NCBI GenBank assembly: GCA_040384485.1
Contig: JAZKJH010000004.1
Coordinates: 5,928-69,927 of the forward strand
Origin: Patescibacteria group bacterium
Lineage (GTDB): Bacteria; Patescibacteriota; Minisyncoccia; Phycocordibacterales; DATDWN01
Length of the DNA: 64,000 nt
Reading direction: 5' to 3'
Under the pieces are notes generated by a model. The model was given only the letters and a program-made list of their open reading frames with translations, ran no database searches and was not told where the DNA came from. Positions within the stretch are counted from its first letter, which is position 1, and every line of letters begins with the position of its first letter. Position numbers and translations under genes: made by a program. Of the stretch, positions 9,408 to 19,179 are shown piece after piece.

Positions 9408-9756
9408 TCTGAGCTAGCTCTATTGTATTTCGAACTCTCTCAGTTGTAGTAGAACCTTCCACGATAAAGTCCCAGGTTGGATAAGAAACCACCCCAGCGT
9501 CTTTACATACCTGAAGCTGGCCCCTACTGTCGGGAGTGGAGCACTCAATATATGGCAAAAGCTTTGCTGATCTACCGAACATACCTTTCTGGTTCTGGCA
9601 ATGAGGGCACCAGAAGGCACCGTAGAACTTTGCACCGCTGTCTGTTACACACTGAGCAAAAGTGTCTAGTTTTCCTGGCTTAGCAGGGGCCTGAATAACA
9701 TACACAACCCCCGCAACAAACAGCACCGCTATAGCTATATAAATGTATTTTTTCAT
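9373..9756 (-). CDS. Secreted thioredoxin-like thiol-disulfide oxidoreductase (partner of BdbC)
   Basis: Signal/TM anchor then YGAFWCPHCQNQK, a WCxxC thioredoxin-fold motif as seen in VKOR/DsbB-associated Trx domains. Start moved to the ATG at 9756 (MKKYIYIAIAVLF). Confidence 0.65.
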   Translation of the reverse strand: MKKYIYIAIAVLFVAGVVYVIQAPAKPGKLDTFAQCVTDSGAKFYGAFWCPHCQNQKGMFGRSAKLLPYIECSTPDSRGQLQVCKDAGVVSYPTWDFIVEGSTTTERVRNTIELAQIAEKTNCQLPE

Positions 9757-9856
9757 AAATTTACTGTAATTATTATAAATCAAGATTAGCACAAAAACTG
9801 GTTTTTTTCTATTAAAAAAGCCTGGACAGTATGTGCGATTTGCACTTGTCCAGGCT

Positions 9857-10459
9857 TCAGATTACCACAAGATCTCGGTTCTTGAGTCTTTTTCTTTTTC
9901 GTCGCGGGAAGCTCTTCCACCTCCTAATTCTCCTGTCCTTTTTTAATTCCATCACGATATCTCTTCCGAGATTGTTGATGGCTTCCTCGGTACTGATGTG
10001 CTCCAGGGAAATAAGAACGTTAGCTTTCATGCCAAACATTCCTGTATCCAACCTGGTTACCTCACCCTTGATTTTTTGATTCAGAGATACATCAATAGAT
10101 GCGTCTGCACCCTCCCAAAAGACAAAAGCGTCCACACCATGCCAGTAATCCAACATGGTCCCCATAGCTAGGTAAATAGCTGGCCTGGACCTGACCCTTG
10201 ATCTCAAAATCCTTCGCGGGAGATGTTTCTCAACCGCGGCTAAGATTTTTTTGGCATACCCCCACCTAGGACTAGGATTGTAGGGGTCATAAACCTCCAG
10301 CTCACCTTCTTCGGTTTCGGTAATGAGTGGAGTATTCATTACTATCTCCAAACATTCATCATAGGGTCTGTAGTCTGGGATGTCTTCAAATTTGTCGTAA
10401 AAGCCGAAAACTCTTTGCTCGAACTGTAACCCTCTGGACACTCCTTGAAGAAATTCCAC
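9857..10459 (-). CDS. Hypothetical protein (200 aa), GC-elevated, with a GTG start and strong SD
   Basis: ORF with local GC about 45-50% versus about 38% for flanking core genes. AAGGAGG lies 6 nt upstream of the GTG start. Basic C-terminal tail (KKDRRIRRWKSFPRRKRKRLKNR). No recognisable domain. Confidence 0.5.
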   Translation of the reverse strand: MEFLQGVSRGLQFEQRVFGFYDKFEDIPDYRPYDECLEIVMNTPLITETEEGELEVYDPYNPSPRWGYAKKILAAVEKHLPRRILRSRVRSRPAIYLAMGTMLDYWHGVDAFVFWEGADASIDVSLNQKIKGEVTRLDTGMFGMKANVLISLEHISTEEAINNLGRDIVMELKKDRRIRRWKSFPRRKRKRLKNRDLVVI

Positions 10460-10588
10460 CGCAACCTCCTTTCTTTTCTAGTTCGAATATACTCTGTAAA
10501 AAAATCCCTGTCAACTTACCGATACAGTGTTTTGACATACTTGTTGCCTATACAATTTCAATATGCTATCTTTTTTATAGAGGTAAAA

Positions 10589-10780
10589 ATGGAAACCAAA
10601 TTACAAAGTGCTCTGGGGTCATATCTCAAAGACAACCCTGGAAGTGAGAGGATACTTGCTGATGATCTACAAGTTGCAGTCCCAACAATCAATCGTTGGA
10701 AAAATGGCACTGCCCGGCCTGGTCCTCGATTGACCCAAGTAATTATTGACCATCTCCAAAACAAAACAAAAAGAGGATGA
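10589..10780 (+). CDS. XRE-family helix-turn-helix transcriptional regulator (63 aa)
   Basis: HTH signature LADDLQVAVPTINRWKNGTARP. GAGGT SD lies 5 nt upstream of the ATG at 10589. Divergent from the 200-aa gene. Confidence 0.6.
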   Translation: METKLQSALGSYLKDNPGSERILADDLQVAVPTINRWKNGTARPGPRLTQVIIDHLQNKTKRG

Positions 10781-10796
10781 AATATCCTCTTTTTTC

Positions 10797-13274
10797 TTAT
10801 GCGCCGTGGCACTTCTTGTATTTTTTGCCTGAACCACAGTAACAGGGTTCATTACGTCCTATCTCACTTCCGTCTGGGGTAGTGTTAGTTTTTGAAGCTA
10901 CAGAAACTGGAGCCTCCTTTGTAACAGATTCTGCGGAATCTCTAGTTTCAACTAACTTTACTGGTTCATTGAAAATCTTTACTCCAGTTTGTATTTGAGA
11001 TACTGTTTTTATTATTTGCTCTTGTATAGCAGATTCCATTTCTTTAAACAGTTTCAGGCCTTCCTTTTTATACTCCACCAAAGGATCTCTTTGTCCATAA
11101 GCACGCAAGTTAACACTAGATCTCATGTAGTCCATAGTATCTAAATGCTCAACCCACAACATATCCATAGTTTGCAGAGCGACGCGTCTAGCCAAAGAAA
11201 TAAACTCTGTACCTAGGGCCATTTTTTCTTCTATAAGCTTTCTCTCATCCTCTGTAGCAACAGAAAGTATGCTGAATATATAATCCTTTACATCTTCATC
11301 TGTACCTACAAGTATCCCCCTCCTCCTCTCATAGAATATTTTTCTTTGAAAGTTTAAAACGTCGTCAAACTCTAAAACATGCTTTCTCGCATCAAAATTA
11401 AATCCTTCTATTTTCTCCTGAGCACTCTCGAGTGATCGAGTTATCATTTTATTTTCTATCGGTTCATCTTCTTTTAGACCAAGTTTGCCCATCATGTTTT
11501 TTAGGGTCGGACTAGCGAACACTCGCATCAGATGATCATCTAATGATACAAAAAACTGAGTCTCTCCAGGATCTCCTTGTCTTCCGGAACGCCCTCGAAG
11601 CTGGTTATCTATTCTTCGAGCATCATGCCTCTCTGTTCCCAAAACAAACAAACCGCCAAGAGACTTAACTTTTTCATAGTCTTCTAGTGAACCCGGATTA
11701 CCTCCCAGCTTCACATCCACACCTCGTCCTGCCATGTTTGTAGCGATAGTTACCGCACCCACTCTACCAGCCTGAGCCACTATCTCTCCTTCTCGCCCAT
11801 GGTTCTTAGCGTTCAAAATCTCATGAGGAACACCTTCTGTTCTCAAATATTCAGAAAGTAGCTCATTTTTTTCAATAGAAACCGTACCTATCAAGACCGG
11901 CTGACCGTTCTTGTGTCTTGCACTCACTTCCCGAGCAATAGCCTTAAACTTCCCTGCTTCAGACTGAAAAATCAAGTCGTTATGATCCTTTCTAGCAATA
12001 GGTCTGTTGGTTGTAATCTGAACAACTTTCAGTCCATATACTTTATAAAACTCCTCCTTAGAAGTCTCTGCGGTTCCGGTCATACCGGCTAGTTTTTTAT
12101 ACAACCTGAAATAATTTTGAAATGTAATAGACGCAAAAGTTTTTGATTCTTTTTGCACTGACACACCTTCCTTCGCTTCTATAGCTTGGTGCAAACCTTC
12201 TGACCATCGTCTCCCAGGCTGAAGTCGCCCAGTAAACTCATCTACCACAATTATTTCATTATCTTTCACTACATACTCTTTATCTTTATGGAATAAAGCC
12301 CGAGCTCTAACAGCAGTTTCCAGATGGTGCACATACTTAATACCTTTTTCTGTGTATATATTGTCTATACCCAGTAACTCCTCTGCTTTACTTATGCCTG
12401 AGTCAGTTAATGATATAGACTTAAATTTTTCGTCTACTGTGTAGTGCTCTCCACTTTCTAACTGACTACTGATTTTTGCAAAAGTACCATACAAATCCTC
12501 CGACTCAACAGTAGGTGCAGAGATGATGAGGGGGGTTCTTGCTTCGTCTATTAATATAGAGTCGATTTCGTCCACTATTGCATAAGCATATTCCCTCTGT
12601 CGCAATTTAGCTGAGTCGTATTCCAAATTATCTCTTAAGTAATCGAAACCAAACTCATTGTTAGTTCCATACGTGATATCTGCTTCATAGGCTTGCTTTC
12701 TTGTAACTGGTTTTAGAAAGTCTTCGATCACCTTGAAGGACGCAACTTCATCTCGAGTTTTATCTAGTTCCTTATGGGCAGGGTCATACAAAAAAGATTC
12801 ATCATGATTTATCACTCCGATAGACAATCCTAGGAAAGAATAAATCTCTCCCATCCATACAGCATCTCTTCGAGACAAATAGTCATTTACAGTAACAACA
12901 TGCACTCCGTTTCCAGTAAGTGCATTCAAATATACCGGTAGTGTTGCCACAAGAGTTTTTCCCTCTCCTGTTCTCATCTCCCCAATCATTCCTTTATGTA
13001 AAACTATTCCACCCAAAAGTTGTACATCAAAATGCCTTTCATTCCTACATCTCTTGCCGGCTTCTCTAACAACAGCATAAGCTTCAGGCAACAAGTCATC
13101 CAAACTCTCCCCATTTTGAAGCCTTTTTTTAAATTCAGTAGTTTTTTCTTTAAGTTCAGAGTCAGATAATGCCGAAATAGCGCTCTCCTTAGCGTTTATT
13201 TGATCCACTATAGGCTGGTACTCCTTCAATATCTTGTCGGATTCCTTGCCAAAAATTTTATCTAAAAATGACAT
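10797..13274 (-). CDS. secA: Preprotein translocase ATPase SecA
   Basis: DEAD-like motor motifs (GEGKT, DEID, TNMAGRGVD), the preprotein-binding region, and the C-terminal zinc finger CYCGSGKKYKKCHG. Start is probably MSFLDKIFG at 13274, since the track start at 13316 overlaps a TATAAT box. Confidence 0.9.
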   Translation of the reverse strand: MSFLDKIFGKESDKILKEYQPIVDQINAKESAISALSDSELKEKTTEFKKRLQNGESLDDLLPEAYAVVREAGKRCRNERHFDVQLLGGIVLHKGMIGEMRTGEGKTLVATLPVYLNALTGNGVHVVTVNDYLSRRDAVWMGEIYSFLGLSIGVINHDESFLYDPAHKELDKTRDEVASFKVIEDFLKPVTRKQAYEADITYGTNNEFGFDYLRDNLEYDSAKLRQREYAYAIVDEIDSILIDEARTPLIISAPTVESEDLYGTFAKISSQLESGEHYTVDEKFKSISLTDSGISKAEELLGIDNIYTEKGIKYVHHLETAVRARALFHKDKEYVVKDNEIIVVDEFTGRLQPGRRWSEGLHQAIEAKEGVSVQKESKTFASITFQNYFRLYKKLAGMTGTAETSKEEFYKVYGLKVVQITTNRPIARKDHNDLIFQSEAGKFKAIAREVSARHKNGQPVLIGTVSIEKNELLSEYLRTEGVPHEILNAKNHGREGEIVAQAGRVGAVTIATNMAGRGVDVKLGGNPGSLEDYEKVKSLGGLFVLGTERHDARRIDNQLRGRSGRQGDPGETQFFVSLDDHLMRVFASPTLKNMMGKLGLKEDEPIENKMITRSLESAQEKIEGFNFDARKHVLEFDDVLNFQRKIFYERRRGILVGTDEDVKDYIFSILSVATEDERKLIEEKMALGTEFISLARRVALQTMDMLWVEHLDTMDYMRSSVNLRAYGQRDPLVEYKKEGLKLFKEMESAIQEQIIKTVSQIQTGVKIFNEPVKLVETRDSAESVTKEAPVSVASKTNTTPDGSEIGRNEPCYCGSGKKYKKCHGA

Positions 13275-13630
13275 ATAGATAGGCATTATAGCATAAAAAA
13301 AGAACCGTAAAAACAAAAACCTCTATGCGAGGTTTTTGAAATCTTACGATTTTGCTTACAAAGATTAAGCTCTTTTCTTTGCTTTTGCTTTCTTCTTTGG
13401 TGCTGCTTTTTTCTTTGTAGCTTTCTTTTTTGCTGCCATGATATTTTTTGGTCGAATGTTTTGTGACAAACATCCAACTGAAATTATTTTTTTAAAGTTC
13501 GCAACGATTAATTCGTTGTTTCCGACCTACGATAATTATATTACAGAAAAAACTTTTTTAAATATTTTTTGTGAAAAAAGTGTGGATAACTTTTTTTATT
13601 TCTAAAATAAAAATAAATTTTATTTTAGAA

Positions 13631-13668
13631 ATAAAAAAACTTTCTGAAGTTTTTCAGAAAGTTTTTAT
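13631..13668. terminator. Bidirectional terminator hairpin downstream of the O-antigen-ligase-like gene
   Basis: 10-bp stem aaactttctg/cagaaagttt with an 8-nt loop, flanked by A7 and T5 runs. Confidence 0.5.
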
Positions 13669-13695
13669 CTAATCTATACTTTAATCAACACTCCC

Positions 13696-15909
13696 CTAAC
13701 TATTCTGTATCTGTTGGATAAACTTCTCTCCGTCCTCTTTCCAACTTGGTTGTGCGATTATTATTTCCCTAATCAATTTTATCGCATTTTGTTTTTGTCC
13801 AACATTATTATACGCAGCCGCCAAAGAAAGCTTGGCTTGTAGGTCTTGTGGGTTATTCTCAACTCTTTTCTGCAGAATAGCTATAACACTAGGGTAATCT
13901 CCCATATCCGCGTATGCTTTCAAAACTCTGGCGTCATTTATAAGGGGGTTTGTATCCACAAGACTCAACATCTCATTTGCAACCTCTGCATTTTTCGTAT
14001 ATATCGCTCCTACTAGATATATGAGTCTAGACTCGGTGGCTGAAGGTTTAAACTCGTACGCTTGTTTAAATAACTCCATCATTTTCTCTGTATTACCCAA
14101 CCCTAGATATGTAGAACCAGATTCAAAATATATACTTTGTTTCTTTGGTGACTCTACTCTCGCTCTATCCATATATTTCAATGCCTCTTCGTACATCCCG
14201 AAGCGGTTGAAGAAGCTCCCCGCAAAAACTAGGTACCGAGCGTCATTTGGTTGGCTTGCCACCTTTTCTTCCAGCTTTTGTTTGGTGTAATCAAAAAATT
14301 GTTGTTTTACTTCCTGACTTGCTTGACCTTGAGGAGACGATATTTGGACCGTGACTTGAGTCAACTGTTCTACCGCTTCCCCATTACCAAAAGAATTATA
14401 TGAGAAAGCTTTTTTGAACAAATCTAAATTCTCAGAAACATTACCGTTTGCTGGAGGACGTATAGCTTCTATTAAAGTAAAGTTTGCAGACATAGCTGGT
14501 ACGTTTACAAAGTAAATAACAAGTATAGTTCCAACTGTTGCTACAGGGACTACAACATATTTGAGAATGTCAGGTTTAAAGCTTTTTGTATAAAACTTTC
14601 CTTTATGTTCCACTCCAACCTGAGAAAATTGATGAACGTATGCCAGGATAGTAAAGAACAGCATGTAACTAATAAGATTGTCGAACACAAACAAGTTGTG
14701 GAACACATAAGCCATGACCACAGCTGTAAGTATTCCTTTTTCGTATACACCGAAACCTCCTCCCCTTCTCCAAAGGTAATAAAAGAATGCAAAGTATATA
14801 GATAAGTAAGATAGGAGTCCTAATATTCCTCCAGCAATCAGCCAATCAAGTACCAGGTTATGAGTGCGGTCAAACCACTCCTCTTGTCCAAAAAGATTTG
14901 GGTCATAGTACTTATTAAAAACAAAGTTAAAGTTTTCCTGTCCCCAACCAAGCAATGGTCTTTCTTTAAAACCCTCTATAGCCATCGGCCAAACATAATA
15001 TCTACCTTGAGTTTTTATCTCGGTAGGACTCAAGGTTACAAACCTAGACAAAACTGGATGTGTTTTTGCGTACTCAGTATTCTTAATTGAAACAAAGACA
15101 CCCAACACCACTAAAACTAAAGCAAAAATTCCGTAAGCAAAGTTTCTGATTTTTTTATTATTTCTCTCTTTCCAAATAAGTATTAACCCAAAAAGTGCTA
15201 GCCCGCCTATAAATCCTAGTATTGCCCCTCTGGTTGCAGTGTAATAAAGAATTATAGTTTGTAGCGCAGCAGCAATACCATAAAACCACTTCTGCCATTT
15301 CTCTTTTGCACCCGTAAAGAGCATGAGAAGTGACAGAAAAATACCGAACACCATATACATTGCCAAGTAAGAGGCATTCCCCATAGTTCCATCGACTCTC
15401 TCTCCACCTTGATTTATTTTTAAGGCACCAGACAACTGAACAAAGCCATAAAAAGCCATTATCAGACTAGCTATAATATTTGTATTTATGAAGCTGTGCC
15501 AAATATTTTTGGTTTTGAAAAAGGATGAAAGTACAAGATAGTAAAGACCCAAGTGGGCTAACAATACAAAACCTTCCATTCTTTCGTAGTTACTCCAGAA
15601 ACTTTTGTATGAGTTCTCACCAAGCAAGTCAGCAACAAATATAATAGCGATAAATGCCAAGATGCTTTTTGTTAACCAGGAGAATTGAGGTCGATAGTCT
15701 TTGTCTATAAAAGCCAGCGCAACATAAAGGCCAAATAAAATTTCCACCAATATCCTAAAAGTAAAACCTTTGCCTGATATAAAAGGAAAAAACATATTGT
15801 CTGGAACTATAAACACTATGAATGGCATCACGAACAGGCCTGCTGTAATCGTGTATTTAATAACGTTTTGTATTGTTTGCATATGGAGAAAGTATAACAA
15901 ATGGTGCAA
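13696..15909 (-). CDS. O-antigen ligase/polymerase-family membrane protein with C-terminal TPR repeats
   Basis: About 10 TM segments with the Wzy_C-like loop, then about 200 aa of TPR-like repeats (AYEFKPSATESRLIYLVGAIYT..., AKLSLAAAYNNVGQKQNAIKL). Confidence 0.6.
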   Translation of the reverse strand: MHHLLYFLHMQTIQNVIKYTITAGLFVMPFIVFIVPDNMFFPFISGKGFTFRILVEILFGLYVALAFIDKDYRPQFSWLTKSILAFIAIIFVADLLGENSYKSFWSNYERMEGFVLLAHLGLYYLVLSSFFKTKNIWHSFINTNIIASLIMAFYGFVQLSGALKINQGGERVDGTMGNASYLAMYMVFGIFLSLLMLFTGAKEKWQKWFYGIAAALQTIILYYTATRGAILGFIGGLALFGLILIWKERNNKKIRNFAYGIFALVLVVLGVFVSIKNTEYAKTHPVLSRFVTLSPTEIKTQGRYYVWPMAIEGFKERPLLGWGQENFNFVFNKYYDPNLFGQEEWFDRTHNLVLDWLIAGGILGLLSYLSIYFAFFYYLWRRGGGFGVYEKGILTAVVMAYVFHNLFVFDNLISYMLFFTILAYVHQFSQVGVEHKGKFYTKSFKPDILKYVVVPVATVGTILVIYFVNVPAMSANFTLIEAIRPPANGNVSENLDLFKKAFSYNSFGNGEAVEQLTQVTVQISSPQGQASQEVKQQFFDYTKQKLEEKVASQPNDARYLVFAGSFFNRFGMYEEALKYMDRARVESPKKQSIYFESGSTYLGLGNTEKMMELFKQAYEFKPSATESRLIYLVGAIYTKNAEVANEMLSLVDTNPLINDARVLKAYADMGDYPSVIAILQKRVENNPQDLQAKLSLAAAYNNVGQKQNAIKLIREIIIAQPSWKEDGEKFIQQIQNS

Positions 15910-15957
15910 GACCCTGCTAGTAAAAGGGCGTAAAATGAGCTAAAATCAGCTTACATT

Positions 15958-17226
15958 ATGCAAAGACTAAAAAGTCGCGGACTATTGGGCCTAAAATGGC
16001 TCGGGGCGTATTTTGAAACAGATGCAGTCTATATAGCAAAAAGTAGCTTTTGGCTTACCCTTGGGCAAGTCTCCTCTGCTATTATTGCCCTACTCTCTTC
16101 TGTCTTCTTTGCTAACTATGTAGACAAAGACATCTACGGACAATACAAGTTCGTTCTTTCACTAACCGGCATACTCGGAGCGTTATCACTTACTGGGATG
16201 GGCTCTGTAGTGGTCCAAGCAGTAGCGAAGGGCGCAGAAGGCATACTTAAGGACTCTGTACGAGTATCTCTACGCTGGGGTGTTTTTATCTTGTTTTTTG
16301 GATTATGTGGTTCAGGGTACTATTTCTTCAATGACAACAATGTACTTGGAACATCACTACTTATAGCTTCTATCGCTATGCCGCTCATGAACGCTTTTGG
16401 TTTATATGGCGGACTCTTTAGTGGACGAAAAAACTTCAAGTTGTCGACTTTGTATTGGCTAGCTACACAAAGTCTTACAACCATAGGTCTTGTGGTTTCA
16501 GCGATATATACACAAAGTGTAGTCTCACTTATTTTTATATATTTCGCTGTAAGTACTTTATGTGCACTATATGGATATTATCGTGTCATAACAAAATATA
16601 AGCCAAATGAAGTTCGAGATGGAACCATGATCCCCTACGGCAAACACATGAGTCTCATGAACCTTTTTGGTACACTAGCCAACCAATTAGATAAAGTCCT
16701 AGTCTTCCACTACCTTGGTGCTGTAAACCTAGCCATTTATTCTTTCTCCCAAGCCATCCCTGAACAAATCAAAGGAAGTTTTAAAAACCTTTTTGCTATA
16801 GCTCTGCCAAAATACGCTGTGCTAAGCGACCACGACCTACGAAAAAGTATTTTGAAAAAGACCGGCCAACTAACTGGCATCACTCTAATAATAGTTCTGG
16901 GATACATAGTATGTGCACCACTTGTTTTCAAAATACTTTTTCCAAAATACACAGAGGCTGTTATATACTCACAGATCTACGCTCTGGGCCTTTTGGCTAT
17001 CCCAGGTATCTCACTTTTCGCTACCTACTTCCAGCTGAAAAAAGCTACGAGGACTATGTATAAACTAACAGTGATAAGTAACACTGTAACCATCGCACTA
17101 ACTCTTGTTCTAGTATACAAATTTGGACTAAAAGGAGCTGTGATAGAAAACGGTCTGTCTTGGCTCACTATGCTCGCAGTAAACTACTATTTCTTTGCAA
17201 CTCACAAAGAAACTATTTCTTCCTAA
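15958..17226 (+). CDS. Wzx-type oligosaccharide flippase (polysaccharide biosynthesis protein)
   Basis: 422 aa with about 12 TM segments. The N-terminal pattern is typical of the MOP/Wzx family. Confidence 0.6.
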   Translation: MQRLKSRGLLGLKWLGAYFETDAVYIAKSSFWLTLGQVSSAIIALLSSVFFANYVDKDIYGQYKFVLSLTGILGALSLTGMGSVVVQAVAKGAEGILKDSVRVSLRWGVFILFFGLCGSGYYFFNDNNVLGTSLLIASIAMPLMNAFGLYGGLFSGRKNFKLSTLYWLATQSLTTIGLVVSAIYTQSVVSLIFIYFAVSTLCALYGYYRVITKYKPNEVRDGTMIPYGKHMSLMNLFGTLANQLDKVLVFHYLGAVNLAIYSFSQAIPEQIKGSFKNLFAIALPKYAVLSDHDLRKSILKKTGQLTGITLIIVLGYIVCAPLVFKILFPKYTEAVIYSQIYALGLLAIPGISLFATYFQLKKATRTMYKLTVISNTVTIALTLVLVYKFGLKGAVIENGLSWLTMLAVNYYFFATHKETISS

Positions 17227-17932
17227 GTAAATATACTTTTTCGTGGAATAAGTTTGGAACGATATTTTTAAATATACTTTCTACTATCGGCTGTATTTTT
17301 CTAGCCAACCTTGGAAACGCCCATAATTTTGGGATAAACAACCCATAAGGATACTCTTCCAATACCTCAAAATGTTCTTCTAACATCTTTTTATATTGTG
17401 AGTAAGTTCTATAGTCTTTGTAATATGGTTTGTTATAAGTTTTTAACTTAGCATATATTGATTTAGAAGAAGCTGCTGTACAGATATATAAACCACCCCT
17501 CTTTATTCTCCTATCCAGGAAAGCCATCTCATTATCGAAAATCCCAGCAGATAAATACCCTGTAGCCAAGACAATATCAAACTCCACTTCTGGACACTCA
17601 TTTTTAACAAAGAAAGAAAATTTCTTGTCCTCTCCTGAAAGTTTCTGTGCCTGAATTACCATATCTGGAGCAATGTCTGTCCCTACAATTTTTGAAAAAA
17701 CATTGGGAAAAAATTTATCAACACTTCTCGAGATTATCCCGTCTGCACAAGCAATATCCAAAAGCAACAAATCTTTTTTGTCTTTTGTAATACCTCTTAG
17801 TATTTGAAAAACTATGTCTCGCCTTTTGTTGAAAAAAAACTTAACATAAGTATCTATGTGTTTGTCGTATCTTTTATTAGAATACTGAGAACTTTCCTGA
17901 TTGTAGTAACCGACTATATTATATTCGTCCAT
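17213..17932 (-). CDS. Class I SAM-dependent methyltransferase
   Basis: Motif I LLDIACADGIISR and a post-I acidic residue. Confidence 0.6.
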   Translation of the reverse strand: MDEYNIVGYYNQESSQYSNKRYDKHIDTYVKFFFNKRRDIVFQILRGITKDKKDLLLLDIACADGIISRSVDKFFPNVFSKIVGTDIAPDMVIQAQKLSGEDKKFSFFVKNECPEVEFDIVLATGYLSAGIFDNEMAFLDRRIKRGGLYICTAASSKSIYAKLKTYNKPYYKDYRTYSQYKKMLEEHFEVLEEYPYGLFIPKLWAFPRLARKIQPIVESIFKNIVPNLFHEKVYLLRKK

Positions 17933-17933
17933 A

Positions 17934-19178
17934 TTATTTATTTTTCAGTATTCCAGCATAACACAAAAGTGTCTTATTTACCCAATCATCCGAGTTAAAT
18001 TCAGTTACAACTCTCGTGTAACCAGAAGTTCCGAATTGCAATGCTTTTTCAGTGTTATTAATTAAATCAACAACCCTTTCTACAACAACTTCAACATTAG
18101 ACGGATCCACAATATAACCATTCAGGCCATCTATTACCGCTTCTTTTGTCCCTCCGAATACTGCTCCCACAATTGGTTTTTTGGATGCCATTGCTTCTAG
18201 ATTCACTGTTGGAAATGGGTCTAAGTATCGTGAAAGAACTAGAACAACATCAGAAACTCGGTATACATACTTCATTTCCTCCCTGGATACCCAGCCTGTA
18301 AAAACTATTCTGTCCTCCACCCCCATCTCTTTTGCTTTGTGCAGAATCTCCTCTGAAGACTTACCTTGTTCACCTGCAACCAGTAAAACTGTGTTTTGCA
18401 CATTGTCTGAAACTTTTTTCAAAACTTCGACCGTAGTCATGCTACCCTTTGCAGATGAAAGTCTCCCACCAAAAAACAAAACTTTTTTACCGTTTAGCTG
18501 AAGTTTATCTTTCGTCTGCTCAATTTTTTCACCATCTACCTGCCACTCACTGATGTCGATACCATTATGCAAAGTTTCTATAGGTTTTACTCCATTACTC
18601 TCTAAAGCCGTCTTTAAGGCATCACTTACAGCAAATATTTTATCTGTATATTTTAAATAATGCTTTATTAAGATATTCCGGAAAGGGTTGTAGAAAAACC
18701 TGTATTGAACTAGTTGTTTAAATGGTGTTACTTTCTCCAAAACTACACCTCCCTTGTCATCCACTATTGCCCCTAGTTTTCCATAATGAAAAGACATAAC
18801 GTCATGCATAGTCAAAAACACTGCTTTTGAAAACTCTTTAGCTAGTTTTAAAACAGCATACGACAAATGCGTATGGATATTGTGTGCATGAACAACATCG
18901 GGAGAAAACTCTTTGAGTATCTTTTCAACTTCTACAAGAACACCTTTGTTATATAAACTTTTATACGCTCTCCAACGCATATCATACTTACTGTATATTT
19001 TATAAACCCCTAGTGCCCCAAAACTAGATAGACCTGACTCGTGAGACTCATCTGTAATGGTCACGACCAAAACCTCATTACCTTTTTCCAGTAACTTTTT
19101 AGCTAAATTGTATGCAATAATCCCTGCCCCACCAAAACTCTTTGGAGGAAAATCATCAGATAAAATAACTATTTTCAT
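17934..19178 (-). CDS. Glycosyltransferase family 4 (GT-B)
   Basis: N-terminal IVILSDDFPPKSFGGAG, C-terminal GT1 domain with EAMASKKPIV. Confidence 0.75.
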   Translation of the reverse strand: MKIVILSDDFPPKSFGGAGIIAYNLAKKLLEKGNEVLVVTITDESHESGLSSFGALGVYKIYSKYDMRWRAYKSLYNKGVLVEVEKILKEFSPDVVHAHNIHTHLSYAVLKLAKEFSKAVFLTMHDVMSFHYGKLGAIVDDKGGVVLEKVTPFKQLVQYRFFYNPFRNILIKHYLKYTDKIFAVSDALKTALESNGVKPIETLHNGIDISEWQVDGEKIEQTKDKLQLNGKKVLFFGGRLSSAKGSMTTVEVLKKVSDNVQNTVLLVAGEQGKSSEEILHKAKEMGVEDRIVFTGWVSREEMKYVYRVSDVVLVLSRYLDPFPTVNLEAMASKKPIVGAVFGGTKEAVIDGLNGYIVDPSNVEVVVERVVDLINNTEKALQFGTSGYTRVVTEFNSDDWVNKTLLCYAGILKNK

Positions 19179-19179
19179 T

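Noticed and set aside
10445-10588. Upstream 48-aa extension of the XRE regulator ORF
   Set aside because: The HTH domain begins at the ATG at 10589, which has a GAGGT SD. The extension covers the divergent promoter region.
13258-13477. Two overlapping minus-strand ORFs (71 and 63 aa) rich in K/R/Q
   Set aside because: They are low-complexity translations of an A/G-rich leader. Only a 24-aa K/A-rich frame is plausible, and that is recorded separately as a low-confidence finding.
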